A DNA stretch of 64,000 bases from Yuukianura sp. NJ FZ-2021 (Eukaryota): contig CM102285.1 of NCBI GenBank assembly GCA_046563655.1, positions 13,826,001 to 13,890,000 of the forward strand. Reading direction: 5' to 3'. The notes beneath the pieces were generated by a model that was not told the origin of the DNA, did not search any database, and worked only from the letters and a program-made list of their open reading frames with translations. Positions 46,901-59,415 of the stretch are shown here, in pieces. Both the position numbers and the translations under genes were made by a program. How positions within the stretch are numbered: the stretch's first letter is position 1; each line of letters starts with the position of its first letter.

Positions 46901-49900
46901 TTTGTCCGACGCTGTGTTGTTGACCTTGCTGGAACTGATATCACCAACAAACTCAAGTAAGTCTAGTTCTGGATATGTGACAATAACTATAAAGTGTGAC
47001 GAGTTCATGAATAATTATAGTTCAAACCTTGTGCCGAGTGCCCTATCTTAACAAGTTTCGAGTTAATAGCTACATGCGTCAGTTTGTGTCATCAATAATT
47101 TTTGTTTCCTTTTCTGGAAATATTTTTGGACAAATTGAAGTGGCTTGATTTATGACAGAGCTTGTGTATTTTCATGGTAAAAGATCTTTTTTGGATAAGT
47201 TAATCTAATCTAAACTGTGCTTTTTCCCGTATGTTATTTCAGTGAAGTCCATTTGTCAGTGGCTGCGCATATTTCGGACAAATTAGTGGATAGCGTAATT
47301 GAATCGTTGATGAAGTGTCAGAAGCAACTGGTGAGATCAGAATTTTTGTTTACCATAATAATACTTATACTGTCACGAATACTCCCTCATTAGTCATTCA
47401 ATTTCTGGATTGTTTTAAAGCACGACCTAGGCAAAAAGAGATCATCAACCCCTGACGTTCTAAGGACTCGACTAAGGTCACCCAGTGAAACGACGAAAGA
47501 AACGAACAACGACATGAGTGTCACGTTTGGAGACAGTCCACACCTCTCTGATCAATCTCCGATGGTAAGTCAAAATTATATGCATTTTAGATTAATTGAT
47601 GGTTGGTGTTACAGGAAAAGTGAATGTTAACGATTTTTTCAATGTTTTACAATGACAACTCAATTTAGAAACTGGATTATCTCAATCTTGTAAGTCGAAA
47701 TTTAAAGTGAAATTAGAAGTGAAGTTTTGCTGTGGATTTTTTTCAATTTTGTCATTTACTAAGTTTAGTTTTGCGTTGAAACTTGAAACACTTTCGTTTT
47801 GTTTGCATTTGCAAATTCTATTGAAAATCTTTCTTTCTTTTCCTCAGATTTTGTTTGTTAATCTCCAATTATCTTTCTTTACAATTCTTGCGGTTCCAGT
47901 ACATATTTTGGAAAACTACTAAATGGAGTTGAAAATAAAAACAACAACATGTTTTGCTTTACTTTAGGCTACACCACAACTCCATGCTAAACGAAAAGGA
48001 CTCCACGGTCGTCGGATTCGTCCAAAATCGGTAGTTGACTGTATCGAAGGGATTTCGGCTGATGACATTCCCGATCTCCTACCAAGCTTACCTAGAACAA
48101 TTGAAGGTAATAGCAAAATTTCTGTTACCAAAAATTGGTATAATGTATTTTGAATTTTTGTTTTCATTTTCCAGAAACTGTTTCGAATTTAGTGGAGCTC
48201 CCTCCAGTATCCCCGCAGCAGCTACAACATTTAGGAAAAGCAAGGCCGAAGAAGCCTAAAACTCGTGCACCCACCAGGCCAGGTCGTCAAACGGAAGTGA
48301 TCATGGAAGTTTCAACTTCCGAAGGTCAAGAAGGACTGGACACTTTTTTCCGACCTGGTTCAACCACACCCACTCCTATTGTCACTCCAGATTCAGACGA
48401 ATGGTAAGCTCAAAAAACTTTACTTTTTGAAACTTTGTTAATTTTTATTTTTTGAAAATGCAGCAGTACGTCTTTGATGATTTCTTCGATGACGAGCGCC
48501 ATTGAGGAAGCCAGTCTCGTGTCAACCCCTACACACTCTTCACGCACATTCAAAGCTGACGAAAACAATTCCAACAAAACTAGCCCAAGTTCCTTTGATT
48601 CCTGCAGCATTGCCAGCAAACTCTCAATTGAATCAGTTCCACGCTCAAAATCAACAGACTGCCTAGAAAAACCAGGAACTAAATCAACGACGACGTCACA
48701 GTCACTACTAACTCCAACGCACCAATTAGCAGCCAGCACAGCCGAAGCACAACGAGAAACCCAAAAGTCTCCGATACCAAAACTTGGAGTTTCTGTAGGA
48801 TCCTCTGTTTTGGCCGAAATGAAAGCTCGACAAGAAAAACGAACTTCAGCTTACCTCCCAACGACGGCAAGTATCGATAGTCATTCCAAGTCAGAGGAAA
48901 AGAACAGCATCACCAGTGTTAGTCATTCCAAAACGGAAGAGAAGAGTAGCAGTTATTCAAAATCAGAAGAAAAGAGCAGCGTTGTTTTCAAAACGGAGGA
49001 GAAAAGCACAAGTTTTTCAAAATCTGAAGAGAGAAGCAGCAGTCACTTCAAAACGGAAGAGAAAAGCGTTTGCAGCGTTAGCGAAGCCAAGGAAAAGTTC
49101 CTAGTCACAAAGAATAGTTTACCATCGACGGTTACGGGATTCGTCAATCGGCGACCACCGCCAGTTGCACCAAAACCGCGACCATGGTCAACTGTAAGCG
49201 ATCGACGATCAGGTTCGTTTTTTTTTAAAGTTTTTGATTTTGAAATTGTAAGATTCATAATTTTTGTTTGTCTTTAGGTGAATTTTCCTTGGGAAGCGAT
49301 GGTTCCAGCCCCAATACACCCGACTCTGGAGAAATTCTTGATGAAAATGGACCTAACACCACCACAAACGAAACGGTGTCACTTCCTCCTACTGTAAGCC
49401 TATCAGCGACATCGGTCACTGTGGCTTCATCGGTTTCAACTGTCTCTAGTACTGTCTCAACATCTTCTGTCTCCTCAGCAATTTCAAGTACTAATCCAAT
49501 TGTGATTCCGCGTGTTGGGATGAACAGTAGTGGTTTGATTAGTGCAAGGGCAAGTGGTTTTGGATTGTTGAGTAGTAGTCCAGGAAAGTCGCATGCCGAA
49601 CCTAGTCAGCCCACTGGTCCAGTCTCCCTTCCATCACTGGCCACCAATACTACTGGACAACTGGGTTGGTCAGTCAAGGAAATGGCCAAGTCACTAGCGA
49701 GACAACAATCAACAGAAGAGAAGGCCAAGAAGTCGGACTCTCTACCCAGGAATGCTAGTCCACCGACGTCAACGGGTCCATTCCCACCGGACGTTATTCG
49801 ACCGCAAGGTCTGCATGCTAAAATTTTAGTTTTCAATTGACTTAAAATTCGTCTCATTTCCGGTGATTCGGGAATTGAGCAATACTGCTGAATTACTTTT

Positions 49901-50300
49901 TACTATAGTCGGACTAGTATTTTATTTTTCCTCTTTTTTTCTCTTTTTGGCTTCCCCTGCTACTTTAGAATCCATCCCCAAGGCACGCATTTCTGTCCAG
50001 GAATGGAAAAGCGCCGCTCCAGCAGATTGGAGAGTTCCACTGAAAAAGGTTTCGACAGAGCTTACTAATCGGCCTGTAAGTTTTTTCAAAATTTCACAAA
50101 CGATTCTTGATTCTGAAAAGTAGAACCCTTGCGCATGATCTCTGTTTCAATCTTTTGGTAATTGGGGTACTTTACAGGGGAAAACTTGCTAAACCTTGGC
50201 TAAAAATGAAAATTTTAAAATTTTTGATTTTTTTGTTGATTTTTTTTGTGATTTTCAGATTTCGAAGCGATGGGAAGTAAGCACTGAAGAGAAGAGTTGA
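40960..50300 (+). CDS. CARMIL: CARMIL (capping protein regulator and myosin I linker; LRRC16 family)
   Basis: PH-like N-terminus ([22 protein letters not shown]), [14 protein letters not shown]...[17 protein letters not shown], a long LRR array ([48 protein letters not shown]), CPI motif [19 protein letters not shown] and C-terminal PPPVAPKPR. The last exon ends STEEKS* at 50300. Start is 40960 or 40972. Confidence 0.95.
48879..49067 (+). repeat. Coding tandem repeat in CARMIL (10-aa / 30-nt unit xxK[ST]EE[KR]Sxx)
   Basis: [59 protein letters not shown]. Confidence 0.85.
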
Positions 50301-51777
50301 TTGTAGCGAAAAGGAGAATGCGAATTTTGAAGTCTTTTGTTTTCCTAGAAGATACAAGCAAAGCAAGTCACATAAAAATTATAATGCTAAGATCAAGTTT
50401 TTTTTAAAAGTAGGCGACCCAAACAGTGCCAAGCGAACTTTTACATAAGTTGGCTCGATCCTTTTGATAAAAATGTCTAAAAAATGTAATGAAGCTCACT
50501 ACCTAAGTTTTTAGTTTAGCTGCGATGAGTTGTAACATGTAATGAAATGAATAAATTACCAATCAATCGTATACGCAAAAAGTTTAACGAAAACAAGAAA
50601 ACGACCAGATTCATTTTAGAAATAAAAAGTTAGTCGTGTTTTTGCAGTTGCAGTTTTTGCACAAAATTTGGCACTAAATTGTTATTTTGGAACATCAGGT
50701 TTTTTTTGGCAAAATTTCAAAGGCACATTTTTCGCAAAATTTTTGCAAACAATTATGAGGAAATATGTTTGCACTTTGAGTCGAGCGATGGAGCCTTAGA
50801 AATCGCTGCAACTTGAATTTTTTAAAAAGTTTTCTAAAGCGGGGATTGGTGCTGGTGTTTTTGAAATTTTCTTTTGATTTGAAGAAATTTGAAGAGTCTT
50901 TTACATGGGAGGCCTTCGGGAGAGCAGAAAAGTTGACAGGAGAATATACGGAACAAAGAGGCAGATAGCCCCTTTCTGCTTGTTGGATTTTTGTATGGGA
51001 AGGATATCGGTGGGAGAAAAGTTGAGGATGGAGAGGAACCTTTTTGACTCGCCTAATCTCCGCATAGCTCCGGACAGTTTCCCAGCAGACTCCAATGCCT
51101 CACTATGTCAAATCTCTTTCACAAAATTTTAGAAACTCAAAAACTTTGAAAATTTATATTTCAAAAACGAAATGCTATAGAGAGCTAATCATTCCGCGAC
51201 TAAATTGAAAATGACTTGAACTATTTTTCACAATTTTAAAAAGTACAAAAGCAAACAGAAAATTTATGACTTGATTTTTTTTAAGGACGAAACTATTACA
51301 TAGTCTTTCTTTCTATATTTTTTCAAAGTTTGACCAAATTCGATGTTGCGAAGTTATCCCTGCATCTAAATATCCTCTCTATTTCTTTTTATCTCTATCG
51401 AACATTTTCATGACTCCCGAAGGGAAAACTTCAGAGTGTTTTCTTTTTCGAGAAAGCGGAGGGGGAAAGTGATCATTTTCCCATTTCTTTTTTCTTCCTA
51501 TTTTCTCTTTACGTGGGACATGTAAAAGGGAAAGTGGATGATTTACATTCAAAGGAGCAAAGAGACGCCTGCAGCTAATGAATTAGTTCCAGCAATAAGC
51601 TAAAACAAAAAGAAATCCAAAAAACACGAATTTAAATTCATTTCGCTTGTTTTCTTTTATCGAAAAGAGAAAGATTGATTTTCACTTTTTTTAAGTCTCG
51701 GCTTATGTAGATGTGATTTGCTCTTCGTTTTTCGGTTGATTTTCTTCGTCTTTTCGTTCTGATTTTGTTCTTCTTTT

Positions 51778-54700
51778 CTACTTTTGATTTTCTTCATCTT
51801 CAGAGCTGTCACGAAAGTAATCCTCATCTGCAGCTCGGCTCACTTCTTGAACCAATGTTTTCAATTCAATATTTTCAGGATCCAATTTCAGCGCTTCCCT
51901 GAGGTCAGTCAGAGCATCTTGATTCATTTTCAGCGTTCGAAACGCTTCGGCTCGAACTCTGTGGCACTGGAGTCTCTGTTTGGCATTCTGGGCTACTCGA
52001 GGCATCAGTTGTTCCAGTCCCTGAAAGTTATAAACAACTTGTTACATTTTCCATTCCAAAAGTTACGAAACCAGAAACAAAGCTTTGTTTCTCTAAAATT
52101 TTGTGTCTAAAATTTCCAACACTAATGTTTTAAAGTAAAACCTCTGAAGCGTCTTCAACAGCTTTTCGAATATTCTGTAAAGCCAAGTGAGCACGGGCTC
52201 TTCCAGCATAAAGTTGTCCCATCTTTGGAGCCAACTTGATTCCTGTTGAAAAGGCACTGACAGCTCCAACAAAACTTCCAGCTCGCATCAGTGACCTGCC
52301 AGAAACATATCAGATTTGTCAGAGGAAAAGCCAGTTCCTGTCAAGAGGGAAATGACACACAGCATACTGGTTCCTGAGATGAACTTTCATAAGACTAATC
52401 CTTAGAATTATCTGATCCATTACTTATTCAGGACGAGTCGTTTTGCTTTTACTTTTCGTAGGGATATAAAAGTAAAAGCTACCCGCTTTTTGTCTAATTG
52501 ATTACAAGAGACTTTTTGGCCAAGGGCTCGTCACGTCCTTGACAAGGCAAAAAGTCAGACAGTGAAAGTCAGTCCAACGACAGTCTGCGCCAAACAACAA
52601 ACGAAAATGGACAACTTTCTAATTAACTTCCAACGCATCTTTCGACCTGCTGTTGGATCCTGTTTTTGGTCTTTACGGCTCCTGTACTCCTCCTGTCTGA
52701 AAAGACAAAGTGCATAAACAGACGGCTCTAAAAGGACTTTCACTTTTACTTTCTCCAACTTTTACTTTTTCACTTCCTCAGTCAGTCCCTTCCGGCGTAA
52801 AAAGTTTCAGAAAAAAGTTATGTCATAAGCACACTTACTGCTGCTGCTTTTGCTACCGCTGGCGGATCGTACGCTACTACTGCATCATACGAGCGATAGG
52901 TTTGGTAAAAGCAGATGGGATTCATAAATTTTCATAAGAAAAAAGTAAGAAGAAAGTCTCATCCAATTTTTTTCTCTCGCGCTGCAAGGACGCTAGAAAC
53001 CTTTCTAACCAGCACTTTTTTCTAGTAAAAAGCTAAAAAGCTGTGGGATTTGGATTTTTGGGCGTTTCCACTCTTCGTTTTTTTGGAATAAGATTTTTGA
53101 AGTCAAGAAAAAAAGGAAATGGAAAACCATCTCTTGACTTTGGTCCTGCTGGAAATGACTCTAGAGAGAAATGAAGTCATTTCTTACAAAATTTAGAAAA
53201 AAGATGACTCGTTTCCCGCCTTACGACATTGTATGAAAACTAAGCTTACCAAAACGTAAAGATAGGAAAAGCACAGGATATCATTCAATATTTTTTGAGA
53301 AAAATCGCGGGAGAGCCACTACAAAATCGGTTTTTCATTTTGTTTTATCATTTTCGGAGTAGTTCTAGCGTTTTTCGGATATTTCCAGTAGCGGGGGGAG
53401 GGGCTTGGGGGGAGGAAATGACAAAAGGACCTCAGAAAATATTGAAGAAGCCAAAGATTTCCTGGAAGGAGCCCCATGAAACTAAATCAAACAGACGAAG
53501 GTCGAACCCACCCGTCAATTCCATTTCCTTTGTCTAAGAAAAAACGAATCCCGGGTCATAAAAATATTAAAAATATGAATCCGCCTCAATCTCCGACTTT
53601 TTTTGGATTGTTATTCAAAAGAAAAATGAAAAATTCCGGGATCGGGAGGAGATTGGAAACAAGCTACTTCGGAATTCACTGAAAAAGTGAAAGCAATCCT
53701 CCCACACAGGCGCCTTTTTGTTTAAACATGATGAAATTTTGAATTCAACTTTAAATACATAAAATTCAAGATGGTTTTGGTTCATAAAATTTCAATTTCT
53801 TGACTTACTCTCCTTTATCATAGAGCCATTCAGGATCCCTCTCTTCTGGTCGAAGATCTTCATCTACAAAACCACACGTTTTCCGAGCTTCAGCTTGTTT
53901 CTTTAGCCACTATATTTTCAAAAACAAAAATTCAAAATTCAAACACATCAAAATATAACTATAAACATAAAACGAAATTGACCAATTTCGAGAAAGCAAA
54001 AATTCAAGCCAAAAATTTTAGGGGGAAAAGAGAAAATTGAAATATTGAAGAAATTCATAGAGTTTCAAAGGATTGAAGGAGTTCAATAAATTTTAAGCAA
54101 AGGGGTTACAAAAAATCTGCATTTTATTGAAATTCAAAATTTTCAAATTTTTGAAAATTTGAACTCTGACCTGTTCCTCCTCCACAGCAGTAGATTCTCT
54201 AGACGGAGTTGGAAATTCTCTCGGTGTAAAAGAGACGTTGATTGTTGCTTGGGTTCTGATAGGCGGAGGAGCAGTTGGAATCGGTTTTTTTACATCAGGT
54301 TTTGTTAGGCTAGTTTTCGTTACGTTAGGTTTTGTAACGTCAGGCATAGGATTTCCTGTTCCCTTGATCTCCGATTTCGTCCAAATAGGTTTCCCATCTC
54401 CGTCTGTTGATTCAAAAGACACTTGATGGATTACTTTCTCTCCAAAAGTTCTACACCAAAACCCTAACCTTTGAGTTCAAAGTTAGGCTATGTTTCTTCC
54501 AACTTATCCAAAAACATATCCAATGTTTCTAACCATTTTGTTTTGAATCTCCTTTTCCAGAGGAATTCCTTCCGCTCCAACAGGATGAGTTCCCAGGACC
54601 GGAAATCCTATTCAAATCCCCAGGATTCCATTTCTCTCCTGTTGGTCCCTGTCTCACTTGACTTTTTGGTAGAAGTGAGTTCGAATCCCGGTCCGCCATG

Positions 54701-57700
54701 ATGGAATTTTCCAGCTTCTCCCCTTGATGGCTTTTCTCCTTTCCCAGTCCAAAGTCATTCATGGCACTTTCCATGTGAAAGGATCTAATAGAAGCTATGC
54801 GTTCTCTCGCCTCTTCATCAATGCGTAGTTGCTCTCGAATTGTCATTTGCTTGTTTGCTTCTCGACGTTCTAAAAGCAATAGAATAAGAGAGGAAACAAA
54901 TGAAATCAGGAACAGACGCTTTGGAAAAGATTAATGTCAGTGCTGTGACATGGAAAAGTTCCATTTTCACAAAGTTTCTAGAAGGCGGGAGAAAGCCAAG
55001 AAGTTTTAAGGAGGAAGGAATAATGTTTAGAAAAGAGAATTATGGAGAAAAGTTTTCCTGAAGAAAGGAAATGAGCTCAAAACAGGAAGATGGAGAGAGA
55101 GAAAGTCCTACAATTTCAAAACTCCCGCCTAATTTGAATTCATTTGGCAGACATAACCCAAGAACTGAACTCAAAATGGTCCTGATGCTGCCTAGAAGGA
55201 AAGACTCTGATGCTGAAACGCTTTTTTTTATATTTTCAAAAAAGAAAATAGTTGGCATACCGTCTTTCTCTCAAAATCTTAGAAACAACAAAAAACGGAA
55301 GGAAGGAAGTCAACGCTACCAAAACTTCACAGTCTCTCACTCATACTTTCACATTTTCTGTATTCTGAGACTAAAAAAAAAGAAATCTGAAACATAAAGT
55401 AAAATTCCTTAGGAGAAAGTTCTTTTTGAGAAGAATTTTGGTCCAAGAAAAACATTTTTTCACTGTTTCGACATTTTCCAAAACTTTATGAAACTGAAAC
55501 CCAAAACTTTTAATTAGACTTTGAATTTTAAGCCCAAAAAATCTAACATTCAGAAAACTTTTTCTATCAAAACAAAAAAAAAATCTATAAAAGTATTTTC
55601 GAAAAAGTAAAAAACTAGAAAACGTGAAAGCGAAAGCAACAAAATTTTTCTTACTCCAACAAAACTAAAACATGTGAAAGTTACAACTATTAAAACGAAG
55701 TGTTTTCCAAAATACTGATTTCAATTTTTTCTTAACCGGAGTTTACTTTGTCAAACTAATGAAAAAAAAATTTTTTGGTTTCTCGCAATTTATAAACTAA
55801 TTCCAGCATCATGTGCTCATCGCTCCTTCAAAAATATCAAAAAAATAGCTTCAATTTTTAAAGAAAATATCCAGTTTGATTCGTTTTTAACTTTTTCTCT
55901 CTAAAATTGGTAACTTTTTGACAGTAAAAGTACGATTTGGTCTGAGATTTAGGTGAAAAAGTGTGGATTTTTGGTAAATCCTTGTTATAAACTTTTCGCA
56001 CAACTTGTCTCCATTTCTATTGATTTATGGCAGTAAACTCATGTCGAAAGCAGGAAAAAAAGATAAAAAGATTTGTTGTTGTTTTTAGCTTTTGTTTGTA
56101 GCAATTTTGTTGCAAAAGAGTGAACGAACCGTTAAGAGTGAAAGTGAGAAAAGAAATATGAAAATGGAAAGGTAAAATTGAAAGAGAAATGGCGAGAGAG
56201 CGGAGAAAGCTTCTCAGTTGCGGGAGGGATTCACACCAAAATTGTACTTTTTTCAAAAAAAAATGCTTTTTAGATCTGAAATACTTTTTTGAGCTGTACA
56301 TTGCTTTCTTTCTGTTCAGTAATGGAGTCTTTCCATTATCGTTCAACTGGAAACTTTCTCTCCCCTGTCCTAGGCGTTGTTACGTGCAGAAGGAGATTTC
56401 CCGGTGTCTAAATTTCCGTCTCACAATTCCATTTCCCATTCATTAAAACTCTAATCGCCTTCAGCACAAGCACTACTACACTCCAAACTGCACGGACATG
56501 AACATTTCCTCTTCCCTTCTACCCGAATCCGGGCATTCCACAGAATCCGGGCATTCTACAGAACCTAGAACCGCCTAACAAGACTAGATGCTGGGGAAGT
56601 TTGAGTCTAACGGCACAATACTCCCCAGCATCCCGCAGATTTCATGATCATGACAACCAACTTAACATCCCACACGAACATGGATAATCTCATAACCATT
56701 GTCGTACTTACACCAAACTAAAAACCTTCTCCTTCCAGCAACTTCCTCCAGCACATCTAGTATAGTTTAAGTACTGGAGTAGAGTTAGTTTTCATATCTA
56801 ACAATCTAGAACTGCCCAAAGTTGGTCCAAAAGCTAACACTTCCTGTTAAGCTCCGCCTCCAAAGTACTGTTCTAAAATGCTGGATGCTGGAAATCTTTT
56901 GGGAGTAATCAGAACCAAACCAAAGTCACCACTCCAGAACCAATAAACTACCCAATAATTACCAGTAAATGATCATGAAAAGTTTACATCTCAAAACGAA
57001 TCCAGTTAAACTCAAACTGCTACTCATGATTTACAGTCATTCCATTTACAAATTTACGAATTCGTAAACCTTTAAGTGAGTACATTTACGCAAGTTAGTA
57101 CGCTGATGTGGCTCTTACAATTTGGCTTTGAAATTATGCTTTGTGAAAGTGAAGCCTCACAAAAATGCATTCCTTGAAAAAGAAAAAACGACTTTGACTT
57201 TTTATGTGCGAAACGGCTTTCAGTGGGTGGGAAGCGTGTGCAATGTGCAAACGTTTTTAAAAATTCAAAAAAAAAGTTCGTTCCCCCGTAAGAAACGTTT
57301 TTGAAACGACTTCTTTTTAACGTCTAAAAATTGAATGAAAGTTGAGCCGTTTGTTGTAAGAACAGAGGAAGGATTGTGCTCAATGGCCAGAGGGGGCTAG
57401 ACAAACAAAGGAAGCGGGAATAAACGTCTCCATTTTTCAGAGGGCAATTTGAACAGAAGAAAAGAGCGGGAGAGGACAAATGTAACTGGAGAAAGCGGGA
57501 GAAAGTGAAGGTAGGAACGTCAAGTAACAAACGCTTCTGTCTCTCGTAAGTATTGGTTTCTCTTTCCATTTGAAATGCATTAGAAACAGGAAAAAAGTAA
57601 AAAGGAGTCGAAAAAGAAATAGAAATGGGATTTGTTAAAGGCCGTCACTTTCCTTTCTTCACTTTAGGCTTCAACCTAACAAACCTAACGTAAGAAAAAG

Positions 57701-58906
57701 CGAAAAGTTTCTGGAGGGAAAATGAAAAAAAGAAATTGAAAGTGGCTTTCTACTTGCCATCTTTCACTTTCCACACAAAAACGGAGCAGTCCGGCCTGAA
57801 CTGACGTTGAAAACGAGCTTGTCATAATTAGAAAATCCTGCTGAAGAAACGAGAGAAATTCGATGGAAGGAGAAAGAGCGCCAGAATTCCTTTCAAAAGT
57901 TGCTTCCAGGAAGAAGAAAAGTTCGGTTTTTGGAAAAAGATATAAGTATATTTTGTACTTTACCAAGTCCAGCGGCAATCTCATCCGCAGCACGTTTCTG
58001 GCTCAGTTCCACGGCACGCGTCCGAATGTCATGTTTGTCTGGGCGAGACAGCGTGGTGAGGTCGACTTGGAGCGAAGGCCAATCAATGACGTGGACTTTG
58101 GGGAGTTCAAATACAACGAGACTCTCCTCTTCAACCAAAGTACATTTGCCACGCAGGTCATCAACCTCTCCCCACAGAAACGCTTCAAAGTAATGAGGAT
58201 GACAGTGGAGCTGGAAGTTACAAATTTCAACAGAAAAAGGATGTTAGAACACGAAAGTTTAATTTTAAAGCGCAACACTCTCGCTGAATTTGCATTTTGC
58301 CCAAATCCACTCGTTCTAAATCGAAATTCCAAATTGGATAGAAAATCTACTTCGTTTCAGAGCATTTGGAAGCAAAAAAAAGTTATGAAAAAAAAGTTTA
58401 CAAAAAAGATAAAGCAATCAGTAGGATGAAACTTCAACTTTTTTGCTCAGTGAAAGTCAAATGCTTTGTAGAAACAAGATTTTAAAATGGCAGCTTGTCA
58501 AAAAATTATAGGTTTTCGAAAATCCTGTTTTCAAAAACTCAGTTTCATGTTAAAACGATTGCAGCATTCAGATTCTCGAAAATCCTGTTTTTGAAAATTC
58601 GGTTTCAGGATTTTGAATCCCATGAAATTCTGAATTCTGGGAACCAGCGAGGAAAGATTTAAAAAAAAAAACTTTCCCCTTTCTCTGCACCTTCGCTTTG
58701 CACATTTTCATCAGATTTTTTTTTCGTTTTCATCGTTTTTTTTAGAAAGTTAAAATTTTTGAGTCAAAAGTGAGTCATACCCGGATGTAGTTATGAGCAG
58801 TGATGAAGCTACTTCTGGAAGCCCGGATTCCATTGACTTTGAGGGAGACTACGACCGTGTCAACGGTCTGTCTCCACGTGAAGTCTTTGACAATTAGCGG
58901 CATCAT
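51778..58906 (-). CDS. DNAAF4: Dynein axonemal assembly factor 4 (DYX1C1; p23/CS domain + TPR)
   Basis: Exon 58906-58781 [22 protein letters not shown] and exon 58210-57964 [27 protein letters not shown] form the CS domain. These are followed by [43 protein letters not shown] and TPR exons ending ALKLDPEN...*. Confidence 0.93.
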
Positions 58907-59415
58907 CCTGTTCTTCTCGTAGCTTCAAACCAATTATGGGCGGAACGGTGAAAAGTGCTAGGCGGGAAGTCCTGCTTCAAAGAATTCAATTCCGAGAGAC
59001 TTTGTCCTTGGGGAAAGCAAACAGTTTTGTTTCGTTCCCCTTCCGGGACACTTTCACTAACGAACACACACGCAACGAAATACGAAGAAGCAGGGATGAA
59101 ATGGAGACGAAAGGGAGGAGTTACGAAGAACTTGGAAATAACTTACACTTTGTTGTAGAAATAATAGCACTCGAGGAACAGGAGAGCCAGGAACAACGAT
59201 CTTCCACAATAATTGAAATCCTTGCGGTGAAAAAGTTTTTGTTTAAACTTTCGTCCCACAGGGATTTTCATACCTCTCCAATTTATTGATCAAACAGTTT
59301 CCACTTTCTCCTTTTAGTTACTTCCAGGGAAACTAAAACAACAAAACAAAACGAAAAATAAGCAAAAGCGGTCTTTTTCATGCAGTTTTTGAAAAGCGTC
59401 CAAGCATTTCCAGAA

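Noticed and set aside
57863..58429. 188-aa + strand ORF that looks like a nested gene
   Set aside because: Its GC-richer core is the antisense of DNAAF4 exon 2, and the remainder is A-rich intron sequence.
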